Shown here: in pieces, positions 12,553 through 21,882 of the stretch
How the letters are laid out: each line of letters opens with the position of its first letter
Position numbering within the stretch: the stretch's first letter is position 1
Origin: Gemmatimonadota bacterium
GTDB taxonomy: Bacteria; Gemmatimonadota; Gemmatimonadetes; Gemmatimonadales; GWC2-71-9
Direction of reading: 5' to 3'
NCBI GenBank assembly: GCA_029262195.1
Contig: JAJCZX010000027.1
Location: 4,677 to 68,676, forward strand
Length of the DNA stretch: 64,000 nucleotides
The notes under the pieces: model-generated
Database searches by the model: none
Seen by the model: the letters and a program-made list of their open reading frames with translations, nothing else
Told to the model about the DNA's origin: nothing
Translations under genes and position numbers: made by a program

Positions 12553-13338
12553 TTAGCCAGGTGCTCCATTTTTTCTGGTGGGAATGAACTGCGGCACCCC
12601 TTTCCACTCGAACCGCTCCACCGGCCACCCAAAAACCTCTCCCAAAAGATCTGCGGTAAGGACTTCCCCCGGGGGGCCCACCACTGCCGCCTTGCCCTGG
12701 TTGATTACCAATACCCTCTGCGCAAAACGGGCAGCCAGGTTAACGTTATGAGTTACCGCCAGCGCAGCCATTCCTTCAGCGACTAATGCAGCAGCCAATT
12801 CAAACACCTCCATTTCGTGCCGCAAATCCAAATTGGCCGTGGGCTCATCCAACACGAGCAGGCGCGGTTGCTGCGCGAGGGCGCGTGCCAGTCGCACCCG
12901 CTGCCATTCGCCACCGGACAGGGTCTGGGTCCATCTGTCGGCAAGGTGCACAATATCGGTGCGCTCCATCGCCTCGGCAACGATGCCCCTGTCAGCGTCA
13001 CCCATCCGGACCCCATCTCGAAGGTGTGGATACCTTCCAAGAAGAACGGCGTCCGCAACCCGCAAGGGGAAGGTCGGCTCTTCGCTCTGCGTAACTACAG
13101 CCGCCTTTCTGGCGAGCGCAGCACGTGACCAATCCGAGGCGGCCTTGCCTTCGAATTCGACCGACCCGCTAGAAGGGTCAACGATGCCAAGGAGCATTCT
13201 CAGGAGGGTGGTCTTGCCACCACCGTTTGGGCCAAGCACAGCCAACATCTCGCCGCTCTGCAGCTCAAGGTCGATCGATTCCACGGCTGCAATTTTGACC
13301 CCAGGATAAGAATAGGTCGCCTTCGAAGCCTTAATCAT
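12553..13338 (-). CDS. Cobalamin/iron-chelate ABC transporter ATPase (BtuD-like)
   Basis: GPNGGGKTT, LSGGEWQRV, LDEPTANLD. ATG 13338 makes an ATGA overlap with the permease. Confidence 0.9.
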   Translation of the reverse strand: MIKASKATYSYPGVKIAAVESIDLELQSGEMLAVLGPNGGGKTTLLRMLLGIVDPSSGSVEFEGKAASDWSRAALARKAAVVTQSEEPTFPLRVADAVLLGRYPHLRDGVRMGDADRGIVAEAMERTDIVHLADRWTQTLSGGEWQRVRLARALAQQPRLLVLDEPTANLDLRHEMEVFELAAALVAEGMAALAVTHNVNLAARFAQRVLVINQGKAAVVGPPGEVLTADLLGEVFGWPVERFEWKGVPQFIPTRKNGAPG

Positions 13339-14303
13339 TTCACCCACCTGCGCACCAACATCACAAACACCGGTACGCCGATAAGCGCAGTCACCGAACC
13401 AACCGGCAGTTCGATTGGAGCGACCACGGTTCGGGCTAGCGTGTCGGCCGTAACCAACAAAGTCCCGCCAAGTAGAAAGGCGCCCGGCAACAGCGCCCCG
13501 TGTTTGTGCCCCCACACCATTCGAATCCCGTGCGGGACTACCAGGCCGACGAAACCGATAATCCCGGCCACGGCTACCGCTGCAGCGGTAAGTACCGACG
13601 CCAGCAGGTATAGAATGCGTTTGAGTCGCTCCACATCAACGCCAAGGTACTGAGCAGGTTCCTCCCCGAGCGACACGAGATCCAACGATCTCCTGACTCG
13701 ATACAGTATGAAGAGCGGTAAAATCGAATAGCTCCCAAAGACAGCTACCGTGAGCCACGATGCCCGATTGAAACCACCCAGCATCCACAACATTGCGTTG
13801 CGAAGTTCGGCGGCTGGTGCGAGTACGAGAATCGCCGCCATGATTGCGGTACTGAAGGCGCTAACCACCACCCCACCAAAAAGCAGAACTCGCGTATCCA
13901 GCACTCCTCCCGCGACGATTGCCATTCTGTAAACCAGAGCGATGGCCGTAAGGGAACCGACCGTTGCAGCAACCGGCACAGACCAAACGCCTCCAACGTT
14001 TAACGCGATCGCCGCAACGGCACCAAGACCCGCTCCTCCTGACAGGCCCAGGAGATAGGGCTCAGCGAGCGGGTTCCTTACCAGAGCCTGAAGGACGGCA
14101 CCGGTGACAGCGAGACTCCCTCCGACCAGAAAAGCTAACAGCGAGCGGGGCATACGCAGGTCTCTGACAATCGAATTTGTAAGGTCGTCAGCACGTCCGA
14201 AAACACCCCGGATCACGTTCAACAGAGGGATCTCAGCCGGACCTGTAGAGACTCCTATCACGATTGCGCCGATCGCGACAAGGATTAGCAGTAACCACTT
14301 CAT
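13335..14303 (-). CDS. Cobalamin ABC transporter permease (BtuC/FecCD family)
   Basis: RMPRSLLAFLVG, NPLAEPYLLGLSGGA, GIIGFVGLVVPH. ATG 14303 makes an ATGA overlap. Confidence 0.9.
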   Translation of the reverse strand: MKWLLLILVAIGAIVIGVSTGPAEIPLLNVIRGVFGRADDLTNSIVRDLRMPRSLLAFLVGGSLAVTGAVLQALVRNPLAEPYLLGLSGGAGLGAVAAIALNVGGVWSVPVAATVGSLTAIALVYRMAIVAGGVLDTRVLLFGGVVVSAFSTAIMAAILVLAPAAELRNAMLWMLGGFNRASWLTVAVFGSYSILPLFILYRVRRSLDLVSLGEEPAQYLGVDVERLKRILYLLASVLTAAAVAVAGIIGFVGLVVPHGIRMVWGHKHGALLPGAFLLGGTLLVTADTLARTVVAPIELPVGSVTALIGVPVFVMLVRRWVK

Positions 14304-15175
14304 TCGAGGTCGCAGTCTCCCACCTTTTCGCGAAGTTCGCCTGCGGCTTCGAAAGAACGGAACGACGGGTATTCGAACTGGGTCCCGGAGATCAGAACAA
14401 ATCGTTGATCTCGAACGGCTTCGATAACATTCCATTCCCGACGCCCAGCGTAATTCGGAATGGTCTCACCGATGGCGACTACGATATCGGGGTTTCTTGC
14501 GGCGATTGTCTCGATGCTGACCTCAGCATCGGGTCCCCGCACATCGTCAAAAACGTTGCGCACGCCGGCCAGAGCGATCAACTCCGACAGGAAACTCCCC
14601 GAGCCAATTACCATCGGTGGAGAATCCCAAACCACTATGACCGCGGTACATTCGTCAGAATATTTGGTCGCACGTTCTCTGGCCAATGCTAGTTCCTGGT
14701 CGAAAGCAGATGCCAGGGAATCGGCGAGGTCGCCAGCTCCAACAACGCCCCCGATGATTCGGGCGACCCGGGGAACATCCCCCAGACTATCCACGCGAAA
14801 ACTGCCCGAAGCTATCGACATGTTCTCCAATTGAGCCAACGCAGGGGCATTGGCTGAAGATCGATAGAAGAGGACAAGATCGGGACGTCGCGAAGCCACG
14901 ACTTCAACGTTGGGTGCAAGGCCCGCACCCACACTGACGACGTCCAGGGCTTCAGGAGGATAACCTCCCCATTCGGTTCGACCCACCACACGTTCACCCA
15001 ACCCTACGGCAAACAACAAGTCGGTCAAGACCGGAGCCAGTGACACGATCCTGTTGATCGGAACATCCATGGCGAGGTTGGCACCCAGGTCGTCAACGAC
15101 TACGGGATTATCTCCGGCCGACGGCACACAACTGGCGGTCCCCACAAGGAGGCCAAGGAAAACGTTTCGCAACAA
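14300..15175 (-). CDS. Cobalamin-binding lipoprotein (BtuF-like)
   Basis: Lipobox-like TASC; RIVSLAP, RPDLV, VSIETIAARNPD; directly downstream of a cobalamin riboswitch. Confidence 0.88.
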   Translation of the reverse strand: MLRNVFLGLLVGTASCVPSAGDNPVVVDDLGANLAMDVPINRIVSLAPVLTDLLFAVGLGERVVGRTEWGGYPPEALDVVSVGAGLAPNVEVVASRRPDLVLFYRSSANAPALAQLENMSIASGSFRVDSLGDVPRVARIIGGVVGAGDLADSLASAFDQELALARERATKYSDECTAVIVVWDSPPMVIGSGSFLSELIALAGVRNVFDDVRGPDAEVSIETIAARNPDIVVAIGETIPNYAGRREWNVIEAVRDQRFVLISGTQFEYPSFRSFEAAGELREKVGDCDLE

Positions 15176-15208
15176 AAAAGCTCACACCTCATTTGCGGAG
15201 GCATGAGC
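15174..15208 (-). terminator. Riboswitch expression platform: intrinsic terminator that also sequesters the SD
   Basis: GCTCATGCCTC-CGCAAAT-GAGGTGTGAGC (11 bp with GU pairs) followed by T6 running into the TTG start; GAGGTG lies in the 3' arm. Confidence 0.8.
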
Positions 15209-15262
15209 GTCAGGAGACTCCTGATCCCACCATCTCCCCCGCGGAAGATAAACTGGTGGTTC

Positions 15263-15348
15263 GGGCAGAATCGTCTACTGGCTTGGCATCGAGACCTTAC
15301 AGTGGCGGGGCCGCACCGGATTTACACCGGTTTCCGTTATCCTGTCCC
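15263..15348 (-). ncRNA. Cobalamin riboswitch aptamer (compact)
   Basis: AACGGAAACCGGTGTAAATCCGGTGCGGCCCCGCCACTGTAA...AAGCCAG core; P1 GGGACAGGAT pairs with ATTCTGCCC; upstream of btuFCD. Confidence 0.93.
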
Positions 15349-15374
15349 AATTGACATTAATTGTAGGTCCAAGG

Positions 15375-16514
15375 CTAGCTTTTGTGCCTTTCCTCCGCAA
15401 GTGTCCTGTTCAATATCTCTTTCATCTCAGCGCGTTGTTTTTGATATGAGGCTCGCTGATCGTCGGTCGGCGCATCCAGTGATTCGAACTGACGGTCCAT
15501 GGCGGCTATCCGAGCGGCGAGTGTCTGACCAGGCGGTGCGGCGGCCACGGGCACCGCTACGCTACGCCGATGCCAGGCCAACCAAGCCGCCAACACCATT
15601 CCCGCCGTAGCCAGCGCCACCAACCAGGAGACAAGATCTTCAGGGTTCGTCGGTGCCCCGGGGAACGCCAGTTCCAGGGGCGTACCAGCTCGCAGGTCGC
15701 TTCCCTGGAAGTGAGAATATCTCTCGTTTCCAATTTCCTGTTCGCCAAGGGAGTTGATCTCTCCCTTGATAACTCCGAAGGAACGAACATCGATCAGAAA
15801 ATTGATGTCGCTAACGGGCTGATCAATCTCAAAATCCACTGACTCAACAGTTCGCGGCAACATATACGAATAAACGATCTGCCTGCGCCCGGGGGGCAGC
15901 GGAGCAACTACGACCACTTCATTGCCCCTGCGGGTAATGGACAGCTGGTTGATTTCGCTTTGACCGACCTGGAACTGAAACGCCTGAGAGGGAATACGGG
16001 TAGACCAAACAGGTGCTACCGAATCAGGCGACACCCGCGTCAGAGCCCCGACGTTTTCAACAATCACCATTTCGAGAACGCCGATTTCTTCGCCGGACTC
16101 GGTGGGGCTAACCACAACGTGTCGCTGAGCTATGCCGATTGACGGTAACACACTCGACGTGTCGTATACCAACATCAACTCCGCTGCAGCGACAGCCTCC
16201 TGATTTATTGCGCCAGTGAAATAGGCGATCCCCGCGTACTCCGCACTGGTTACAAACAGTGCAAGGCTATCAAACTCGACACCACTGAAACGATAAGCAC
16301 CGTTGCTATTGGTGATGACCGAGTCAACAGGTTCGCCGCCATCAAACGTAACGCGATGTAGTGTCACGACCGCCCCCACCAGCGGTACAGAGTCTGAGCC
16401 AGCAACACGAACCACCTGCCCCAATACGGCGGATTCCTGAGCCGATGCGGCCGCAGGAAAAAGGAAAAGTGCGATTACTCTAAGGCTGAAATTTGCCGAA
16501 ATCTTCAGGGTCAA
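15375..16514 (-). CDS. Exported membrane-anchored protein with an N-terminal carboxypeptidase-regulatory-like domain
   Basis: Signal peptide ending AASA-Q; PLVGAVVTLHR...TNSNGAYRF; C-terminal TM and short helical tail. Start uncertain. Confidence 0.7.
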   Translation of the reverse strand: MTLKISANFSLRVIALFLFPAAASAQESAVLGQVVRVAGSDSVPLVGAVVTLHRVTFDGGEPVDSVITNSNGAYRFSGVEFDSLALFVTSAEYAGIAYFTGAINQEAVAAAELMLVYDTSSVLPSIGIAQRHVVVSPTESGEEIGVLEMVIVENVGALTRVSPDSVAPVWSTRIPSQAFQFQVGQSEINQLSITRRGNEVVVVAPLPPGRRQIVYSYMLPRTVESVDFEIDQPVSDINFLIDVRSFGVIKGEINSLGEQEIGNERYSHFQGSDLRAGTPLELAFPGAPTNPEDLVSWLVALATAGMVLAAWLAWHRRSVAVPVAAAPPGQTLAARIAAMDRQFESLDAPTDDQRASYQKQRAEMKEILNRTLAEERHKS

Positions 16515-16971
16515 GGTCCTTTAAACGTTGCTTGAGTGCATCCGGATCCAACCCTGACAGGTCGTCCGGTACTTGTTCCAGGCTCACCGGTTTCGCCGTG
16601 AGGAGACCCTCCTCGGCGAAGATGGGCGCGTCAAATCTGAGGGCCAGCGCGATGGAATCCGATGGCCTGGCGTCAACGTGGTACAGATGATCGCCTTTTC
16701 TCAAATGTAGCTGAGCAAAATACGTGTTGTCCTGCAGCTGGGTTATGACAATCCTGTCCAACTCAGCTCCCAGACCGACGATCACCTGCTTCAGAAGGTC
16801 ATGGGTTAACGGTCTGTCAAATTTTTGTCCCGAAAGCCCCATCGCAATAGCCCCAGCTTCCGCGGGAGCTACCCATATAGGAACGATTCGGTCGCCGTCG
16901 AGTTCCTTCAGAAAAACCACAGGCGTGTTTTTCTGATCTAGCGCCAGGTGAACGACCTTGACCTGGATCAT
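16480..16971 (-). CDS. Bifunctional nuclease family protein (DUF151)
   Basis: PIWVAPAEA, RPLTHDLL, DARPSDSIALALR. Confidence 0.92.
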   Translation of the reverse strand: MIQVKVVHLALDQKNTPVVFLKELDGDRIVPIWVAPAEAGAIAMGLSGQKFDRPLTHDLLKQVIVGLGAELDRIVITQLQDNTYFAQLHLRKGDHLYHVDARPSDSIALALRFDAPIFAEEGLLTAKPVSLEQVPDDLSGLDPDALKQRLKDLDPEDFGKFQP

Positions 16972-16982
16972 GGAAAACACGA

Positions 16983-17012
16983 ATGGGTGATGACCGCATG
17001 GCCACCACCCAT
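16983..17012 (-). terminator. 13-bp hairpin between ahcY and the DUF151 gene (possible terminator/attenuator)
   Basis: ATGGGTGGTGGCC-ATGC-GGTCATCACCCAT is fully paired with GU; the downstream U-tract is imperfect (TCGTGTTTT). Confidence 0.55.
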
Positions 17013-17058
17013 TTTTGCCTGTGATTCCTTGCGAGCCACAAAGCCCCTCCGCTAACCG

Positions 17059-18549
17059 CTAATAGCGGTAGTGGTCAGCCTTGTACGGCCCGTCAACCGG
17101 AACGCCAAGGTAGTCGGCCTGCTCTTGAGAAAGACGGGTCAATCTTACCCCGAGCTGCTCAAGGTGGAGGCGTGCAACTTCCTCATCCAATACTTTCGGA
17201 AGGCGATATACCTTCTTCTCGTACTCGTCGGGCTTGGTGTTCAGTTCTATCTGGGCAAGCACCTGGTTAGTAAAGGACGCTGACATCACAAAACTGGGAT
17301 GGCCCGTCGCGCAACCAAGATTCAACAGCCTGCCTTCGGCGAGCACCAATACACTCTTCCCGCTCGGGAAAATCCACTCATCGTACTGAGGCTTGATGTT
17401 GACCTTTTTAATGCCCTGTACTTTAGCGAGACCGGCCATATCGATTTCGTTATCGAAGTGCCCGATGTTTCCGATGATAGCCTTGTCCTTCATCCTCGAA
17501 ATCAGCTCAACGGTGAGGATGTCTTTGTTTCCTGTCGTGGTAATGAAGATGTCGGCAGTTTCGACGACATCTTCAAGCATTTTCACTTCATACCCTTCCA
17601 TCGCAGCCTGCAGCGCGCAGATCGGATCAATCTCTGTTACAACGACGCGACAACCCTGTCCACGGAGTGCCTGGGCCGAGCCCTTACCAACATCTCCGTA
17701 ACCACAAACCACTGCGACCTTCCCACCAAGCATAACGTCTGATGCACGCGCCAGCCCATCCGGTAGTGAGTGGCGGCAACCATACACATTGTCGAACTTG
17801 CTCTTGGTTACCGAGTCGTTGACGTTGATCGCCGGGTAAAGCAACGATCCGTCTTGCTCCATTTCGTAGAGACGGTGTACGCCGGTCGTCGTTTCCTCCG
17901 ACACGCCGCGGATCGCAGGCCCGATTTTGGTGAAGCGCTGGGGATCCTTTTCCATTTCTTTACGCAGTTGGGCCAGGATAATTCCCCACTCTTCAGGCTC
18001 GTTTTCTTCGTCGAAATCGGGCACTTTGCCGGTCTTCTCGAACTCGACACCCTTATGGATCAAAAGGGTCGGGTCACCACCGTCATCAACGATCAGGTCT
18101 GGGCCGGTTCCGTCAGGCCACATTAGCGCGCGAGACGTGTAACCCCAGTACTCTTCCAGCGTCTCACCTTTGACTGCGAAAACGGGAACACCTTTGGGAT
18201 CGTCGACAGTCCCTTTGGGACCAACTACTGTTGCAGCTGCAGCATGGTCCTGTGTCGAAAAAATATTGCAGGACACCCAGCGGACATCAGCGCCCAATTT
18301 GACCAGCGTTTCAATGAGTACGGCCGTCTGGATCGTCATGTGCAAACTACCCATGATCTTCGCACCGGCCAGCGGTTTGCTCTGTCCGTAACGCTCACGC
18401 AATGCCATAAGACCCGGCATTTCGTGTTCAGCCAACCGAATTTCGCGACGGCCCCAATCGGCCAACCCGATATCGGCTACGACGTAATCCATACCGGTAG
18501 CCTCTGTCGAACTCGGCGCTGTCAATGTTTCTGTATTTGTCATATTCAA
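17059..18549 (-). CDS. ahcY: S-adenosylhomocysteine hydrolase
   Basis: [56 protein letters not shown]. Confidence 0.98.
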   Translation of the reverse strand: MNMTNTETLTAPSSTEATGMDYVVADIGLADWGRREIRLAEHEMPGLMALRERYGQSKPLAGAKIMGSLHMTIQTAVLIETLVKLGADVRWVSCNIFSTQDHAAAATVVGPKGTVDDPKGVPVFAVKGETLEEYWGYTSRALMWPDGTGPDLIVDDGGDPTLLIHKGVEFEKTGKVPDFDEENEPEEWGIILAQLRKEMEKDPQRFTKIGPAIRGVSEETTTGVHRLYEMEQDGSLLYPAINVNDSVTKSKFDNVYGCRHSLPDGLARASDVMLGGKVAVVCGYGDVGKGSAQALRGQGCRVVVTEIDPICALQAAMEGYEVKMLEDVVETADIFITTTGNKDILTVELISRMKDKAIIGNIGHFDNEIDMAGLAKVQGIKKVNIKPQYDEWIFPSGKSVLVLAEGRLLNLGCATGHPSFVMSASFTNQVLAQIELNTKPDEYEKKVYRLPKVLDEEVARLHLEQLGVRLTRLSQEQADYLGVPVDGPYKADHYRY

Positions 18550-18562
18550 CTCGTTGTTTTAA

Positions 18563-19750
18563 TTAAGCCACTGCCATGACAGCGTTTTCAATTTCGCTGA
18601 CACGGGTAGGGTCTTCCCAGGTGAAGAGTTTCACATCTTTCCCACCGACCGAAACCGTTTTGGATTTCCTCCCGAAGTGGCCATAGGCCGCAGTCGGGCG
18701 ATAGATCGGATTCTTGAGTTCAAGGCTCGAAATAATCCCCGCAGGAGTAAGGTCGAACACCGACCTCACCGCTTTCTCAAGAGCTTCATCGTCGACTTTG
18801 CCGGTACCGTAAGTGTCGACCATGACTGACACTGGCTCCGCGACGCCAATCGCGTAGGCAAGTTGTACCTCACATCTTGTGGCCAGTTTGGCAGCCACGA
18901 TGTTGGTGGCAACCCAGCGAGACGCGTATGCCGCCGAGCGGTCAACTTTAGAGGGGTCTTTACCACTGAACGCCCCGCCACCGTGCCTGGCCATACCACC
19001 GTAGGTATCCACAATAATTTTCCTACCAGTTAATCCGGCGTCGCCCTGCGGACCGCCTACAACGAAACGACCCGTTGGGTTGACGAGCATTTTTGCGCCG
19101 TCAACATCCAGTCCGGTGTCACCGAGGACCGGGTTGATAACGTGCTCAGTGATCGCTGACGTAATGTCATCTGAAGAGATATCATCCGAATGCTGGGTAG
19201 AAACGACGGCGGTCTCAACGCTAACAGGACGTCCGCCTGCGTATTTCACGCTCACCTGCCCTTTGCCGTCGGGGCGAAGCCACGGAAGGGTACCGTCTTT
19301 CCGCACTGCAGCGAGTTTCTCCGTAAGCCTGTGCGAAATCATTATCGGCAGCGGCATCAGTTCGGGCGTTTCGTCACAGGCATAACCAAACATCATTCCC
19401 TGGTCGCCGGCACCACCGGTGTCAACACCCTGGGCGATGTCCGGGGACTGAGAGTCAAGCGCAACCATAACCGCACAAGAACTGCCGTCAAAACCCATCT
19501 TGGAATCGGTGTAGCCGATCTGGTTAACTGTGCTCCGGACGATCTCCTGAGCATTGACCCACGCCTTGGTGGTGATCTCCCCGGCTAGTACGACGAGTCC
19601 CGTGCTGACCAGGGTTTCGCACGCTACCCGGGCATCGGGATCTTCAGCTAAAATAGCGTCAAGAATCGAATCAGAAATCTGATCCGACATTTTGTCTGGA
19701 TGTCCTTCAGTTACAGATTCCGACGAAAAAATATGTGTTGAATTGCTCAT
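18563..19750 (-). CDS. metK: S-adenosylmethionine synthetase
   Basis: [35 protein letters not shown]; ATG 19750. Confidence 0.98.
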   Translation of the reverse strand: MSNSTHIFSSESVTEGHPDKMSDQISDSILDAILAEDPDARVACETLVSTGLVVLAGEITTKAWVNAQEIVRSTVNQIGYTDSKMGFDGSSCAVMVALDSQSPDIAQGVDTGGAGDQGMMFGYACDETPELMPLPIMISHRLTEKLAAVRKDGTLPWLRPDGKGQVSVKYAGGRPVSVETAVVSTQHSDDISSDDITSAITEHVINPVLGDTGLDVDGAKMLVNPTGRFVVGGPQGDAGLTGRKIIVDTYGGMARHGGGAFSGKDPSKVDRSAAYASRWVATNIVAAKLATRCEVQLAYAIGVAEPVSVMVDTYGTGKVDDEALEKAVRSVFDLTPAGIISSLELKNPIYRPTAAYGHFGRKSKTVSVGGKDVKLFTWEDPTRVSEIENAVMAVA

Positions 19751-19824
19751 CCACCGATTTTCCAATTGACATTGTGGGAAAAAGGCCGCAGACCGTTGGC
19801 GACCACCGAAAAAGTTATCTTAGA

Positions 19825-19853
19825 AGGATAATTTAGCCCGCTCCCACGGGCAA
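19825..19853 (-). promoter_or_regulatory. Candidate sigma70 promoter for metK-ahcY (its -35 lies inside the ptsI 3' end)
   Basis: TTGCCC (19853-19848), 17 bp, TATCCT (19830-19825); implied TSS about 19818. Confidence 0.55.
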
Positions 19854-21614
19854 CCAATCCAGCTCAAGGTCTTTGAAGCCGGGGAAACGCGAAAAAGCAC
19901 CCGCCAGCACAGCCGTTGAAGCGGTCAGGGTCGCGCATTCCATGGCTTCAAGGGCGATTTCTGCGGCCAATTTCGAGTCCATGCGCCTGATCAACCATCC
20001 AGCCATGGGAAGCCCGGTGGGAGCAATGCTAAAAGTCGAATAACCGATTCCAAGAAGGAACATCGTTCCCAGCGGGCCGGAGGCTAGTTCGCCGCAGACA
20101 CTCAGGGGGATCCCGTGTCTTTCACAAACGTCACTGACTCGGGCCAGCATCCTCAGCAGCGCCGGGTGAAGCGGGGAGAACCGATCGGCCAACCGCGCAT
20201 TGCTACGATCCACGGCCAGAGTGTACTGCGTCAAGTCATTGGTGCCGACACTCACAAAATCGCAATTTTCCGCCAGTTCGTCGATCATCAAAACTGCTGC
20301 AGGCGTTTCCACCATTACTCCGACCGGGAGTTCCGTGGCGCACTCAACCCCCTCCGTTTTCAATTCGGACATTGCTTGAGCCACCAATTCGCGACTGCGA
20401 ATCACCTCCTCGATTCCCGTTACTAGCGGCAGCATCAATTGTACGTCACCGTGGAGACGCGCTCTTAGAACCGCTCGAATCTGTTGAACAAACATCTCCG
20501 GTTGATCCAGGCACACTCGGATGGCCCTCCAGCCGAGGAAAGGATTGGGGTCTCTGATGGCCATAAAATCGTCCGGGAATTTGTCGCCGCCAAGGTCATA
20601 ACTCCTGATCACCACTACCGATTCGGGAAAACGCTCGGCTATACTACGAAAATACCGATACTGGTCGTTTTCGTTCGGCATTTGCGTGCGTCCCAGCACA
20701 AGAAACTCTGTTCGCACAAGTCCAACACCTTCGGCACCGACGTCACTTACAGCGTCAAGTTCCTCAGGCAGATCAAGGTTTCCGCGAAGGACAATTGTCT
20801 TACCGTCTGGAGTTGTGGCCGGACTACCGATCTCGGATTCACATTCGGCCTCCATGGAGCGCCGATATGCTCGCCGCTCCATGGCGCTGGCAGTTTCGTC
20901 GGCATCAGGGTGAATTGTCACCGTGCCGGTCGTGCCATCCACCAACAGCGTCGAGCCATTGGCGATGCGCGATATCGCCCCCGTTACACCCATTACGCAG
21001 GGAATACCAAGACTCCTCGCCAGAATTCCTGCGTGGGACGCCCTGGTCCCCTCCTCAGATACGAAGGCTGCTACCTGGCCCCGTTCGAATTCAATAGTAA
21101 GCCCCGCAGTTAACTCACGAACTACCACGACCCGGGCCTCCCCAGTCGGGCCGGGATTTGCAACACCGGCCTTACCCATCAGTCGGCGCAGCACACGACT
21201 CATGACAGCAGCGAGGTCTTCGACCCTGGCCCTGAGAATAGGACTCCCCGACTCAAGCCAGAGCTCTCTCTGTTCCAGGACGACGAATTCAAAGGCCCGC
21301 TCGGCACCTATATGGTTTTCACGAATCAAACGCCGTACCCGGCCGATGAACTCTTCATCTTCGACCATCATCACCTGAGCCTCGAATATTTTCGCTTCTT
21401 CCGGCCCGGCTCGCTCCATGGTGCGCTGTCCCAGAGCACCAAGGCGGTCTTTCACAGCATTCAGCGCGGCGTCTAACCGTGCCATCTCCGCTTCCCAGTC
21501 GTCAATAAAAACTGGATGTGAGTCGAAATCCGGAATCCCATCTTCGACGACCAGAGCCGAAGCCGTAGCAACGCCGCGCGACACACCGATGCCGCTCAGA
21601 ATTTCATGCTTCAC
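19833..21614 (-). CDS. ptsI: PTS enzyme I
   Basis: RASHAGILARS (phospho-His), GVGLVRTEF, SVGTNDLTQY, CGELA; GTG 21614. Confidence 0.95.
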   Translation of the reverse strand: MKHEILSGIGVSRGVATASALVVEDGIPDFDSHPVFIDDWEAEMARLDAALNAVKDRLGALGQRTMERAGPEEAKIFEAQVMMVEDEEFIGRVRRLIRENHIGAERAFEFVVLEQRELWLESGSPILRARVEDLAAVMSRVLRRLMGKAGVANPGPTGEARVVVVRELTAGLTIEFERGQVAAFVSEEGTRASHAGILARSLGIPCVMGVTGAISRIANGSTLLVDGTTGTVTIHPDADETASAMERRAYRRSMEAECESEIGSPATTPDGKTIVLRGNLDLPEELDAVSDVGAEGVGLVRTEFLVLGRTQMPNENDQYRYFRSIAERFPESVVVIRSYDLGGDKFPDDFMAIRDPNPFLGWRAIRVCLDQPEMFVQQIRAVLRARLHGDVQLMLPLVTGIEEVIRSRELVAQAMSELKTEGVECATELPVGVMVETPAAVLMIDELAENCDFVSVGTNDLTQYTLAVDRSNARLADRFSPLHPALLRMLARVSDVCERHGIPLSVCGELASGPLGTMFLLGIGYSTFSIAPTGLPMAGWLIRRMDSKLAAEIALEAMECATLTASTAVLAGAFSRFPGFKDLELDWLPVGAG

Positions 21615-21882
21615 CGGCAACCTCCCCAAAACCGCTATCAATCAAGTCTATGATCGCCTGAACCGCCTTCTCCGCGTCGGTGCCATCGGCTTTAACGGAA
21701 ATATCGGAACCACACTCGGCGGCCAGGGTCAGAACGCCCATGATACTCTTCCCGTTGACGTCCCCTGATCCGTTGTCGAGAAAGATCTTGGACGAAAAAG
21801 TAGCCGCGAGCTTCACGAGCTGGGCCGCCGGTCTGGCGTGAAGGCCCATTTGGTTCGAGATCGTCGTTTTTCCTTCGATCAT
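21604..21882 (-). CDS. ptsH: Phosphocarrier HPr
   Basis: GLHARPAA (His15) and GKSIMGVL (Ser46). Confidence 0.95.
   Translation of the reverse strand: MIEGKTTISNQMGLHARPAAQLVKLAATFSSKIFLDNGSGDVNGKSIMGVLTLAAECGSDISVKADGTDAEKAVQAIIDLIDSGFGEVAGEA

Noticed and set aside
18550-18562. Possible SAH riboswitch upstream of ahcY
   Set aside because: The gap is only 13 bp.
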